From positions 124,001 through 186,358 of the forward strand of contig JBEWZL010000287.1 in assembly GCA_045837725.1 (NCBI GenBank): a stretch of DNA of 62,358 nt. Reading direction: 5' to 3'. The notes beneath the pieces were generated by a model. It ran no database searches. It saw only the letters and a program-made list of their open reading frames with translations, and was not told the DNA's origin. The translations under genes and the position numbers were made by a program. Origin of the DNA: Vermamoeba vermiformis. Lineage: Eukaryota. This document shows, one piece after another, positions 23,900 through 37,667 of the stretch (its first letter is position 1; every line of letters begins with the position of its first letter).

Positions 23900-25715
23900 C
23901 TAAGTTGTACTAGTTCGTTTGACGCTAATAGGACCATCGCAATAAGGACAATTACCGAATACTGTATCATAAGACTGTCTGTTTGTACGTAGATTATGCA
24001 GCCACTGATACAAACACGAGCTATGGAAAAATCGTGCGCAATTAGGATTGTCGCAGATCTTATCAGGAATGTTGTTTTCGAGCTTATATGAATAGCATAT
24101 AGCGCATTCAGTGCTAAACTCTTCTTTAGCGCTCTTTTCAGGCGCTGGAAACTGGATCCCCAAGACCTTTTCGAGATTTTCTCGTACAAATAACGCAGTG
24201 TTCCTGGAGTACAAGATCTACATCAGTATTGCTCGATATCATTATAATTAACGGTTTAGGATTGTATCTTAGTATCGAGCTAAAAATCTTTCGCGCACTT
24301 ACCATAAATGGATATTGCTATTTAAACTCTGGCGCAGCGGGCCAATTGCCGTTTCAGATCCCAAGAACTTAATCTCAGGTATCGTACGAGTCATGAGAGG
24401 ATTAACGTCGATCATAATGGATACATGTTTGCCTTTACAATTAATTAATTTGGGGTTGAAATAATTAATGAGCTAAATTTAGCGGCCTTATCTCCGACAA
24501 AGATAAATGAGTACAAAGAATAGCAACGTACCTATAGCTATTCGTCGCATAGTATTGCTTCGACGAGGATTTTCCGGTTCTAAGACGCAAGTATTTTTGT
24601 CCAAGTCGTCCATGGTCTCCCAAAAATCATCGAATGGATCAACTCCCTAGAGCAATTAGCCGCTGCTATATTTAGAAGCAATATTGGCTTATATTGCGAT
24701 TATGACGCCTAAACTAATAGAGCACTATTTTTGAAAAGGGCTCGAATAGAGTGTTGCTGAGATCTAGATCTGCAAGATCCTCAGACTACTTACTTTTTGA
24801 TATTGAGCTATTACATCCATTAAATTCGATTGCTTAGGATTCCATAAGAGCTCTATTGGCCTCGGTACATCAGCTGTAGTCTTTGGAGCGGTAAGTGGGT
24901 AGTCAGGTCCTGTTTCTATTTGTACTACGTGCTCTCTATTCTTTTTATCTCTATCATACCATATTAACTTAATACTGAGCCATAGTGACATCTTATATAC
25001 AGATAATCTTGAGCTAAATTAGTTTTGTACCTGATCTTTACGTGCAACGCGTTTAACTCGTGGTTGATGTAAGCTAAGTTGCTCCATCCAATCTCGTTGA
25101 TTTCTTCGATTAATCGCGAGTAAAATATTGTGTTGGGGACTGCTTGCGATTTGTTTGCTCTGGACAGACGATCCTGCGATTGAAACGGATTAGATCCAGA
25201 TCGCTACTAGTCAATACTTAGATCAATTTACAAAAGGTATATATGAAAAAGTGATTGTTCAAATGAAGGCATGGAAATGGACGTACCAGAAGATGTTTGA
25301 ACTCAACCATAAACGAAAGTAGATCCGCTGAGTGTTCCAGTCGCTGTGGATTCGATCAATATAGTATTATTTAAATAGTAACATACTTGTTTAATAACTT
25401 GTTCTTGTCCTTTAATCAAATCATTCAACGCTTCATCTGTAAACAGTTTCGCGCCTTTTAGTTGCTTGGCATTAGGCAGCTCTATTCGCATAAAATATTC
25501 ATGGCCCTAGTGTTTGGGATATTAATAACAGATTTTCAGACATTTGGAGTGGATTCAGGAGGTATTAAACAAAAAATAATTGAAAAATTATGTCAAAATT
25601 CGTGGTAAAATCTTACTTGTATATTAATGAAGCCGCTATATGCTGTTAAGTTAATGTTCTCTGGTAATAATAAAGGAAAAATGTCTGCAACGCTGGAGAG
25701 CTCTTTCAAGTCCAT
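23900..25715 (-). CDS. FANCL: Fanconi anemia E3 ubiquitin ligase FANCL
   Basis: IFPLLLPEN..YSGFI, EIGWSN, FWETMDDLDKNTCVLEPENPRRSNTMRRIAI, RING CAICY...CDNPNCARFFHSSCLYQWL...FGNCPYC. Confidence 0.93.
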
Positions 25716-25947
25716 CTCGAACACAATCTTCCCTTCAAATGAGTTGGTACTGGTAAGAATTGAGGCTAATATTTACAATTATATACACATATGTGATGCC
25801 AACTCTTTGCCAGTAAAATATAAAGCCCGTCGACGCTGGAGAACTCAACTTGACTTAACTCACGATCGTGGCTTAACGCGGAAACAATTTCTTCCGTGTT
25901 GTTAATTTATCTGCCAGTTCTTAACTAATGTTTTAAAGCGAACGACA

Positions 25948-28816
25948 ATGATCGCTCTTGCGTGGATTATATTCGCCGCGGTTGTCGTGGTAAGTAATTA
26001 CGCTGGATGTGTCACAGCACCGCTGGAAGAAACTTTTCCTCTGAAAATTAATACCAGAAATTATAACAATTAAGCCAATAGCATGCCATAGTTTCATATT
26101 CTACTAATTTCACCAATTTCGATCGCGACTTTCAATTATTAATTTTGATTTTCTACTATCCAATGTAAATTATTAATCCTATTTTATTTTCTTAGGGCGT
26201 GTTGTTATTGAATTTTATTATTGTAAAATATTTCAACTCGCGCTATGACTCAGAAACTTTCCCCACGATCGTATCCATTTTTGCTTTGACCCTTACTTTG
26301 CTCTGCGTCATGATAATTCCTGTGGATATCTATGCCGTATCACTGAAGAATGATGATATTAACTCAGTCATTTCAGTATTGTATTACAGTAAGTATCAAA
26401 CTTTATTGTTTTTTCATAAATCCAGATCTTGCACCAAAAATAGAAAAATGAAGAATTAGAGCATTTATAAGCGTGATTAATACCACAGCATTGCATTAAA
26501 ATTGGAATCATTATTATCGATAGCTTTTCCCCATTTTTCTAATTTTCGCGTCTCCATCCAGTCTTCTACGCTGGCATTTTGGCGACTTGCTTCGTCATTA
26601 TTCCATTCGTATACTTCTTCTACGAGGCCTATGATCCTGAAGGTACCACTGGCAAGCGCATCGTCGACGGCTGCAAGGTACGAACTCTTTACTTTTCTTT
26701 TTCTGTTCCCTTATTCATCCTTTTTATTATAGTACACTATTGGCTTATTGGTCGTTGTTATTGTTCTCTTCGTTGTCGGTTTGTTCTTGAAGCCTGGAGA
26801 GAAGCCCAACGGAGGAGATCCCTTCTGGGTATGGGCCAACAAATTGCTCGACGCTGAAAACAGTACGTTAAATTGGTGCTATTAATATCTCTATTTATGC
26901 TAATTCCCATCTATAGGCGGTGCTGGTGCTATTACATTCGCCATTGCTTGCTTGTCTTTGATTGGTCTCGTGTCTTGGTGCTTCTACACCGTAAGTCACA
27001 TTTAGCAATTAATACTTAAATATTGGCAGAATATGGCAACTATTTAATAATATGATAAGCATTAGACTTTGAATTTTCTGAGTTTTAGATCCGAGTCTAC
27101 CTAGCACTTCTCATTCATTTTACTAAATATAGGCATTTGGCTTGTCGTTCTTCCCGATTGGAATGATTAGAGGCCGTCGTAGACTTATGGATGAGAAGCG
27201 TCAGTACGATGAGGAAGCTGAAGATACACGCGAGAAGGTCAGATTTATCGATGACAAGAAAAAGAAGTCCAAGCGTGATCAACAAGACCGCGAAAGATTG
27301 TTGCGCCGTGAAAGGTTAGTAGATCATATATAATAACACAAGAGCTTTTTTAGTGCCTTTAATTCTATTGATATGGCGACCCAAGAGGGCGAATCTGGTG
27401 CGAACTTTTTGGCGGGCAAAGTGATGTTAATTGGCGTACCTGTCAACTTATTGGCCATGTTTCTAATACTGTTTTTTTAGAGCTTTGGCTCGTAGAGCAG
27501 ACCGCGTAGAAGGATCAGGTTGCTGCTACAAATGTTTGCAATGCTTGCGTCCTCTTACATTCATCTTCGGTCTTCTCTTCTTGCTCGTGACTCTGTTGAT
27601 CATCGTGTCGACTATCTTGACTTCGTTGGACAAGATTTTGAACTCTTACTGCGGTGCCAAGTGCGGCTTCATTTTGTCTCACCCTCAAATCTTCAACCCT
27701 CTCGACGAGTTGTTGGTCATTTTGTCCAAGGTAAGTACCCTGCTTGATAGTACTCTACGAACTTAATTTACATTACATTTGTTTGTTGCTTTTTCTCGTG
27801 TTGTATAGTATTAATCGGTGTGTTTTTGCAGTACTTCCCTATTGACTACGCGTTGATGGCTCTCATCATTCTGTACTTCTACTTTGCTACTTTATCTGGC
27901 ATTACCAACATGGGCATCCGTTTCTTGTGGATTAAGGTATGTCTAGTTATAGAGTATTAATTTCATGCGGATGTCATTTTGCATTCGGATCTGCTTGTTT
28001 GTGACCACTAGAGTGCACTTGTATTAATTACTATACTCTTCAGATGTTTACCTTCAAGAAGCGAGCCACACCTCCTCAAGGTTTGTTGTTGGCCTCAGTC
28101 ATTTTGATGCTCAGCATTCTCGTGCTCAATCTCCAAGTCCTCACTCTCGCTCCTCGTTACACCACTTTCGGATCTCAAACTTTCCAATGGGTAAGTCTAA
28201 AATGCTCCTCAAGTTAGCACATTAGCGTAAATTTATTTGATTAAATGAGCTGCAATGTGGTCAATTTTGTGCTCGTGTACTGACGGTAGATCTGCAGCAA
28301 AATATGACCGAGCCAGCCTTGTGCAACTTTGACTCTATTGAAGAGAGTGATTGCGTGCCTACTCAATTGAGCGTTATTTGGAGTCGTTTGGGCTTGAAGA
28401 TCTCCTTCTTTGGTGTTGTGTTCTACTGGTCTAACTGGGCGTTCATTGCTTTCTTCTTGCTTGGCCTTATTGTTGCTGCTTGCAGGTATGTTCGAACGTG
28501 CTTTACAATAATACTATTATTCAACATAACACTGTACAAAATGAAATTATGGATCGCACATCCAATCGAAGCCGTTACACCGGCTACAACAACCAGAGAA
28601 TTTATAATTATAGGTTACACTGGCTATAATATATATCTAACTTCTGTTATACAGAAAGCGCAAGTCAAATATCGACGAATACTCTGACGACGAAGACGAG
28701 CCTGAAGGTATTTCTATCAATTAGTTTATTAGCAATAAATCCAATTTATTTTCGTATCTATATATTATATATAACTTATATATGTATATTTAATAGGTCT
28801 CAGTCCCGATATTTAA
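25948..28816 (+). CDS. LMBRD1: LMBR1-family lysosomal cobalamin transport escort protein (LMBD1-like)
   Basis: Multi-TM; IIPVDIYAVS, IPFVYFFYE, YT|AFGLSFFPIGMIRG, LTSLDKILNSYCGAKCGFIL, NPLDELL..LSK|YFPIDY, KKRATPPQGLL, APRYTTFGSQ. Confidence 0.88.
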
Positions 28817-28948
28817 AGCCCTAGTTACAGATAGCAGATCCGTTCTGATCAGCTAAGTTTTTTTCCTTTCTTTTTTGCGTTTGTCTTCTTTCTATCCTTT
28901 AGTTTAACATATTTTTCGTGTAAATAAATAGACAAACAGTTTATTATA

Positions 28949-30645
28949 CTAGAAAGCAATAAGCAAGCCAGAAATAATTACGCTTGCGAATATGACCAGA
29001 TCAGATCCAGACGACGTCTTAGCAACAGGAGCGGCAGGAGTCACAGGAGGGGTAACAGGAGCAATAGGTATCAATGTGCACCCATTATCACCATGTCCGT
29101 GGCCTTCGTATCCGCCGTTACAAGTGCAACTAAATCCGCTACAAGTCGCATCTGGACTGCAAGGTTCTGTATCGCAAATACTGCCCTTATCGAACTCTTT
29201 AACGAATATTGATCGAGACTTATCGCCAACAGCCCATAAGATGCCTTGAGAAATCGTTCTGCTGTAATAAACAGATCCAGGTCTCGTTGAATTGTCTGGT
29301 ACGTAAAGCACATCCGTAACTGGTTGAGGATTAACACCTGGTCCTTTGTAGGTATTGGCCCATTGATTGGTATATACGTCATAATACCAATCTTCGTCTT
29401 TCGCTTGCGCACCGTTTGTAGCGTAATCCGCGAATCCAAAACTCAAAGCCAAAAATCCGCCAGGAATATAGGTCATTGAATTATATTCCGCTCTTGGAGG
29501 CCATGCATCAGCAGAAAATTTACTCGAATTTCCGTAAGTATTAGCAGGAACGGTGTCCAAGTAAGAATTAACTCCGCCTAACTTCTTCCATCCTAGAGTT
29601 CGATTGAAGACCCACAAATCGTTCATGAAATTTTTCGACTGCTCACCACCATATATCCTAATAAGGAAACATTATTAGGGATTAAAGGTTAAAATCGTAA
29701 CGAAGAACTGGTCCAGTACGTACCACACATTATTCTCAGTATCTATGGCAGAATAGGGAGCCCATCGACTACTAGGATTATTATCAAAAGAAAATTCACC
29801 GGCAACAGCGTTGGTATTATTAGTTTTAGGAGTATCAGGCCCTGAGAACCACATCCACATTCCGGATTCGATCGAGTACTTCCAGACTGCTGGAGGAACG
29901 AAGGAAAGAATCGTAAGATAATTATAATCGAGACCAAATGCCATCCATAGCGAATGATCATCTGCTGTGTACCAAACAGCCATACCTCTGCGACATCCAG
30001 GGTACGTAGTGTTAGATTCGACTCCAACTTGGCCAAAGCTCACAGAGGAATTCATAGGAGTATGATCGGTCCAGTTACCTTCCACAACATTATACATCCA
30101 GAAGTCGCATAAGTAAGTGCCGTCCTTTGTTTTACCGCCATATATCCAAACGTTATCATTTTTGTCGATCCACATGGATGAATCTGCTCGGTTGATGGGT
30201 CCAGGATTGCTTACGTTATATTCATCCCATACCACTGTCCATTCTAATATGGATTTATCGTAATAGCGAAGCATCGCGGGCCTGCTCGTGCAGTACTGAT
30301 CTAATTAACGAAAAAAGTAAGAAAAATTTACAATTAATTCTGCAATTAATTTTATTATTTTCTTTAACCATTTTTATGCTGGTTTGATTGACTATTTTGT
30401 AAATTTATTTTCAGATCCTGATCCAGTACAAATTTTATCTTACCTGATCCACCGAACAACCACACTCTGCCAGCAGAATCAGTAGCTGTTTGTACTAGCG
30501 TAATCTGGCTAGTAAGACTAGCAGTGCAATTCAGATAGTTTTGTTCTTGCAACGCAGTCCAGTATGGCAAGTCCACGCACCACGAGAGCGATACGAGCGA
30601 CAGGAATATTATTATTACTATCGTACTAAACTGAGTAGCTCTCAT
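28949..30645 (-). CDS. Cell-surface Kelch/galactose-oxidase-like propeller protein with EGF-like domain and C-terminal anchor (3 exons)
   Basis: Signal peptide; repeats WLFGG, WIYGG..DFWMY, DLWVF; EGF-like CSPDATCSGFSCTCNGGYEG; P/T/A stalk; hydrophobic C-terminus (GPI-like). Confidence 0.75.
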
Positions 30646-31371
30646 TTGTGGTAAGAGTTGCAGCCAAAAACCGAATAATATTATTTAACGAATAAATTCC
30701 GGATCCCGTTCTCCTTCACACACTGCAAACTAATATTCTATTGTATTAGGTTTTAATGGTTTCTACGAATTAGTGGATTAAGGTCAATAGCATTTTATGC
30801 CATAAAATGTTAGGCAATTAATACACGTCCTCCAACGGTCAAGATCCATGCGGTTGAAACATTAATTAAACTCTCGTGGCATTGAAGTTTACTTTCCGAG
30901 CTCGGAGTACTGTTGCCAATAACATCGCCTAATTTTCGAACTCTTTTCGAAAAGAAATGGGAAATTAACCTTTCTTACGACTTCTCTGCTTGGCCCGGTA
31001 CGGTCGTGAAATTTCAATTCGTGACACTTCATCTGATCGTATCACATATTCATCAACTTTCATACAAAATCGAAGAACGGTGCCCTGAGTAATGATAACT
31101 GTTACGAAGTGAGTGGATCTTGATCAAGATCTAGAACCAACTCTTTATGCGTGCTAAGGAGGGATTAGATACTGCGCTACACAAAATTGCATGGTGCCCT
31201 TACGTACATACAGTGGCTAATAGTACGTATTAATCCGACAACTCCTCATGCTCATGACTTTGTTCGTTTATTTTTTTGATTTTCCGTGGAATTTTCAAAT
31301 TTAGTTCGAACACATTTAAATGTAGCAGCGCCTTACGCCCATGAACAAACTAGTATTTTCAACGTTGGACA

Positions 31372-34167
31372 ATGGACAGCTACACACAGATTAGAAACAG
31401 ATCTAAGTCTCAGTCGGATTATTCTTCGATCAAATCTGACAACGATCTCCTCAACCGTTTTTATTCGGACTATAATCCAGGTAAGCCAAGCGCTTAAATA
31501 AAAGTTTTACAGCTAATGATGGCGTAAATTAGATGCAAGGGGCGTTTGGGGTCGATTTTTTACCCTTCTTAGGATTGGATTTCGATCGCCGTTTTCAGCA
31601 GCAAGTGTTTCGATGTACTTTGCTATTATCTTTACTATCGCGAACTCGCTGATATATGGACTGTATCCTGGTTTGGTAAGTCAAAGCCGGATCACCGTAC
31701 AAAGAATTTACTGTCAAATGTTTTTTAATCTTGGTGCAAAGTACCGATCAAATTTATGACTATATGCTCCATATATAACGCTCATTATTATGATATTATA
31801 TCTACTTTCTGGCTAACCATCATATAAATTTAGTTCGGTCAATTTGTTTGCTCGTTGACTTGTGATTGCCCAACACCGGAATACAAAGATAATCCGGTTA
31901 TACAAGTGTTAATAGCCAGTGGATGGCTTATGGCAATGTTAGGGTCCATGGCACTACTTCAAACTTTTAGCAGCTACTGCAGTAAGACCTGGATCGTTCA
32001 AAAAGAGCTTGACTTAACGTATTAACCATAATATATGCTAGGTAACATTTCAAACATTAACTTGCGAAAGAATATTACTTTAAAGCTTCAAAACGAGATT
32101 ATGAACAAAAAATTGCTTTACGATCTGGTCGGCATGGATTTGAACTTGGTACGTGAACGACGTCGTATTGTATTTCTTTATGTTACTTTTTCTAATGCAC
32201 GTTACTACTAGGATAACATTGATCAGCGTATTGCCGCCGATACGGGTGTGTTCGCATCGTTGATAGGGGATCAGCTCGTCCTTGCTTTTCTGGGCATGAT
32301 TCGTAAATATACCACTAATAATCAATATACCTTAATATATAACCTATTGTATACAGTAAACACGGTCATATTTACAAGAGAAGCGTTCTCTGCCCAAGGA
32401 TGGATCGGCATTGTTACTCCCTACGGGTACGTCTTGTTTGAACGTATCTAGATGGGACGATTATATTTGATTAAATATGCTTATTTTAGGTTATTTGTAT
32501 TCGCTGCAGTCGTCAAAGTATTGCTGTCAATTCGCATCCCGAAACAACAGTACAAAATTGAACAATTTGAAGGGTCTTTCAGATATGCTCAGGTGCGCGT
32601 AAGAACATATGCCGAATCAATTGCATTTTTTGGTGGAGAACCACGAGAAAAAGAGATCTTGGACGAGGTAAGCCACATCCGCCGATAAAAAACTATTTTA
32701 TTTGTTTTAATTATTGAATATTCGTATTAATGTAGAGGTTCAACGATGTATTTACTTCGCAAAAACGACTATTTGGCATGTTGATTCCATTAGGCCTAGC
32801 AGACTCATTTATGTCTGGTGGATCCGCTATCTTTCCGTACTTACGTAATACTATCTGCCCATATCTTTCTTGCATTTCTATTAAAATATTGAATAGCAAT
32901 TATTTTATCGCTTTATAAGAATAAAAGCTGCACTTTTTCGAGCTCTAGCGTAATGTCGCAAGCTGCTGGTAAGTACTAACACCAAAAGACGCTAAAACAC
33001 CGATATTAACCTGCATATAGCTACTCAATCATTATTACAGGCTTTAATGGCCATTCCAGGATTGATTGCGACGCTTGGAATTTTTGCTGGCTACATCCAT
33101 CGCGTTGGTACGAAATTTTTTTTCTAGAGAGAAGAAAATTAACTTATGAATTATTAGGTCAATTGGTTGAAGCATGCGCTTACGTAGAATCCAAGAAACG
33201 ATTAAAAGAAGCAAATACGATAACTACTCCTTTCGATGAAATTTCTCTGGATCACGTACACGTCGTTTCGCCAAAGGGAATCACTCTTATTAAGGATCTT
33301 ACATTAGAAATCAACAAAGGAAAAAACGTGGTCATCACTGGACCAAGGTAGCGTCAATTCAAACCTCTAAATTGTTGACTTTTTTTTTGACCCCATCTGC
33401 ATCCAGTGGTAGCGGCAAGAGCTCATTGCTAAGAACTATTGGTGGCCTCTGGAAACCTGTAATGGGTACTATTACTCTACCTGCCGCAGCTAACAAAATA
33501 TTTTACTTGCCTCAAAAGTATGTTCTGGATCCGATCTACGCGTTATCTTACTTATAACACCTTGTTTTAGGTCCTATATAGTGTTAGGCTCACTTAGACA
33601 ACAAATTTTATATCCAAATGACGAAAAAGAATCGCACGCGAGCGATGAATACTTGCGAGAGATTTTCCGCGTGGTTGGTCTCGATCAAGTTTTGAAAAAG
33701 TACGTAACTTCATAAAAATGCTTTGCTATATATTATTAAATATCTTATCATTATAGGTTTGATTTGGACGAGGTCGCACAATGGGAAGACGTGTTGAGTC
33801 CCGGTGAAGTTCAACGCCTTGGATTCGCTCGACTACTCTTCCATAAGCCTACCTTTGTCATATTGGACGAAGCCACTAGTGCATTAGGCAAGGATTATAT
33901 TATTTACCAAGGAATGTGAACGGGTTCGACTAATCGGAAATTTCAAATCAGATCTGGAGACGGAAGCAAAGTGTATGGAGGCATGTGTGGCAGCAGGCAT
34001 AACGATTATAAGTGTCGCACATAGACCTTCAGTAAGTACTAATATTTGTAGTAAATATTGTCTTATTCGTTCTATGACAGGTGGAAAAATATCATTCTGT
34101 CAGGTTGCATTTGCCAGGTGACGGCCATTGCTCGATTGCACCGCTGCGTAACGAAAGAGATATCTAA
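31372..34167 (+). CDS. ABC subfamily D half-transporter, ABCD4-like (many exons)
   Basis: [34 protein letters not shown] (EAA motif), Walker [58 protein letters not shown]. Confidence 0.88.
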
Positions 34168-34449
34168 TGCTATGTATTATTTAAGTGATTGATAAATAAC
34201 TCAACTTCACTTTTGATGGCTCTTCTGATGTGTTTTTGTTCTCTAACTGCCTTTTCATTAATTGACCAGTTGTAGTTGACGGAGCTGTCATTGCCGCTGC
34301 AAATTAAAAACGTTGAAAATGTTCCAAAAGGAACTGAAATTGTAAAGCGGACGCATTTCACCTCGTAAGTTTTTCGCTGCGAATAGGATTGAGGTTGGTA
34401 CTAATATTGTCATGTTAATATCATGAAAGAACTCACGTAAAAGGGCAGT

Positions 34450-36180
34450 TTATTTAGCGCTTCTAACTTGTTCAATCATTTTCGCTCGAATTTTCTCGCG
34501 TTTCTCGTCAGTGAGGTTCGGTGTCAAATCTATCGACTTGTTGTAACATTTCAACGCTTCTTCTTTGTTGTCTTGTGCCATATATATTGTCGCAAGAGTG
34601 GACCAGCCCTTATTATTACCAGGATGTAATTCAACGAGTTCTTTGGCCCGTTTTATTGCGTCGTCAATTTGACCCTACAGCGTGAAGGTTACTCACAAAA
34701 TTCGTTCATGAACGACTCAGACGGACTTACCAAAAATAGTAATGAGTTAGAGACGCCGTATAGGGCTTGAGGATCTTGTTTATCGAATGTGAGGTATTTT
34801 TCATAGGCCATTACAGCGTCGCCAAACTCTTCAAGTGCGAAACAAGCCTCGCCCTTTGAGAGCCACAGTCCCGGACGATTATCCGAAAGATTTATCGCTC
34901 TGTTGATCAAATCTAATGAATCGTGATATTTTCCTAAAAGGCAATTCATTAGAGCAACGAGCCTTGAATCTGTCATTAAAATTTTCTAACTTGACAGGTG
35001 TCAAAGTTGAAGCTCGATCGTACAATAATTGTATAAAAGTAACGATAGTAATTAGTTTGAATGGAGATTCGTTTGATTTTTTTTGGCACTGTGAAAAATA
35101 TTGAGTGACACGTGTCAAAAATCGGACTTACCTTGTTCCATACAAACAGCGCTTAAGAAGGTTAATACTTCCGGATCTTTATGATGCAATTTCAAACTCT
35201 TCCGCAAATATTCTTCTGCCAATTTGAAATCTCGCTCATTTGCAGCCAGGGCGCCGAGAATAAAAAACAAAGTCTCGTCGTACCCAAACTCTTGTGCTTT
35301 ATCCGTGTATTCTTTCGCTTTTTCGAAATTTCGTTCTCTGAAATGCATTTGTGCTAATGCAATCCACGCAAAATAAATATCTGGCGTCAATTCGACAGCT
35401 TTTAGAAATTGTTCTTGCGCCTTAATTTTATCTCCCTATAAAATATTAGCAATAGGCTAACGCGATGTTAAATATTAACTTACACTGTCAAGGTATAAAG
35501 ATCCGCGTAGGAAATAAGGATAGCCGTCTGTCGGATCTGCCTCCGTTGCTTTGCTAGCAGATTCGATGGCTTGATCCAGCTGATTTAACATTGCATGAGA
35601 CTTGGCTAAGTTAAATAATTAATATATATCGTTATTATATTGTACCATGTTACCTTTTCCGTATAAAGCCTTTCCTAAGATCTTAATGTTTTCTGAATCA
35701 TTCTTATCGATCTGATCCACGATCTGCTCGAAAGCCTTCAGTGCACCTTTTGCATCATTATCATTTTCTAATAATTCAAATGCATGATTGAGTTGTTCCT
35801 CTATTATTCATTATTTGATAAAGGCTACAAATCAATTTTTTACTTACGGATTTGTTTTTCTGACTTCACTTTTTTTGCAGCACCCCACCATAAATTTCTT
35901 CCTATTATAAATAATGATTAAACGATTTTTGTAACTAAAATCGATCATTTTGTAATTATTCAAAATTAAGAATATATTTCAATTTAAATTTGAACTCACT
36001 CTGACAGTCAAGGCTAGGACCATTGTGAAAAATACTATCATTTGTATTAGTAAATATTTTTGTCGAGTTTTTTCCAGGCTTGCAATTCAAAAACAGTCCG
36101 TATTGTATCTGCACGATTGTTTGTTTAGATGCGCGAGCGTTTAATGCTCTGCTAGTGTTTCGTATAATATTACGAAGCAT
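34450..36180 (-). CDS. TPR-repeat protein with probable mitochondrial presequence (multi-exon)
   Basis: N-terminus MLRNIIRNTSRALNARASK; repeated TPR units, e.g. LWLSKGEACFALEEFGDAVMAYEK and EALKCYNKSIDL. Confidence 0.72.
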
Positions 36181-36266
36181 TGCAATGAGGTAGACGATGT
36201 ATTGATTACAAGCTGAAAAGATCCTAGTTTATTTCTAAAAAAGTCACAATAACCTGCCTAATCTAA

Positions 36267-37392
36267 CTACTGGCACTTTGAATAGTCCGTAGTGCAATTA
36301 AAGTAAGCGTAGGGCAGCAAAACACGATCTATTTTGTGGACAACACCGTTATACGCGTATGAATCCGGGGCAACAATCGATGCATCGTTCACTGTAGTTT
36401 TTGACGCGCCAGGGAAACTAGTGCGTCTGATGGTCAATGTAGCGTTAGCGAATGTTTGTACTGTTAAGCCATCGTAAAGGTCTGTCGAGAACAAAGGCTG
36501 ACTATGGATGAAAGATCAGGTATTAATAAGTGCTTATGAAAAAATGGAAATTTCCCGAGGAGGCTTACCCTAGGATGTGATACAATAAGACCTGCTTCAA
36601 TGCTTTCAAATTGTTATAATTGAACAAGGGACCCACCGAAGGGTCGTTGAAGGCGTCGTTGGTCGGTGCAAAGAGCGTGTATTGAGGACCGAGAAGTGTC
36701 AAAACAGAGTCCAAGCCAGTCGCTCGCAGTGTGTATTTAAGTGTGCTCAAATTAGGGTCTTGCAAGATCAAGGCGTAGATGTAGGGATAAGAAGTAGAGA
36801 ACTGCCAAATGTCTGTGAACAAGACTCGATCCAACGAATGAATCACACCGTTGGACGCAGGGATGTCAGTTTGAGTGACACGTGCATCGTTCAGTGAAAT
36901 GGAGTAGTAATGACGAGTTTTGAATGGGCTGCGGAAGTAAAGATCAATAGCACTTCCTTGTGCAGATACCAAGGTATAATTTCCAAGAACAGCAAGTTGC
37001 ATGGCATGCAAAGACTGGCCTGGAAGCACCTATTCACGACGGATCTGATTAGCCATTCACTTTATACGAAAAAAAAAAATGATCGTAATTGTTCTTAATC
37101 GTCTTATAAAGCAGTGCTTACATGGTACAGAAGTACTGAGCGAAGCAGGTCTACATTAGCGGGATTTCGCAAAGTCTGAAGGGTGGACGAAGGCAAAGCA
37201 TTGAACGCTGTGTTGTTCGGAGCAAAGACGGTGTAGTTAACTGGAAGCGATAGAGTTTTTTGAAGACCAGCAGCTTGAAGCTAGCATTGAGAACGAAGGA
37301 TTTGAGTTGATGACATCAGTAATGGTTTTAACCTGCGCCGAGCAGGTTGTGAGAATTATCAACAACGTAAGGATAGCTATTATGCACCGCAT
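36267..37392 (-). CDS. Secreted double FAS1 (fasciclin) protein; frame problem near 37281
   Basis: Signal peptide MRCIIAILTLLIILTTCSA; YTVFAPNNTAF..LLYH, ASNGVIHSLDRVL, YTLFAPTNDAF..LLYHIL, NGVVHKIDRVL. Confidence 0.8.
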
Positions 37393-37667
37393 TATTATTG
37401 TTGTTTACGTGTATTGTAGATTTAAAAATGTCACTTCTTTTTCGTTGAATTTTTAAATGAATCGATCAGCAAGGGACGACAGGTCACTAAGAGATTGCAT
37501 TGTGAAACAGAGGTCCTAAGTGAGATCGCTCTAAATATAGGACCTCAGCTCATATTTTTCCTCATATTTGGACGAATCTGCCACGCCAGAAATTTGAAAG
37601 AATTGCAAATTTTATTCTTTCAGTACGTAGCCACTCAATTTGTTACAAAACAGCACGTACCAGTAAT

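Noticed and set aside
30650-31370. Possible cobalamin riboswitch upstream of the ABCD gene
   Set aside because: No B12-box or conserved GGGAA..GGTG.AA.TCC core found
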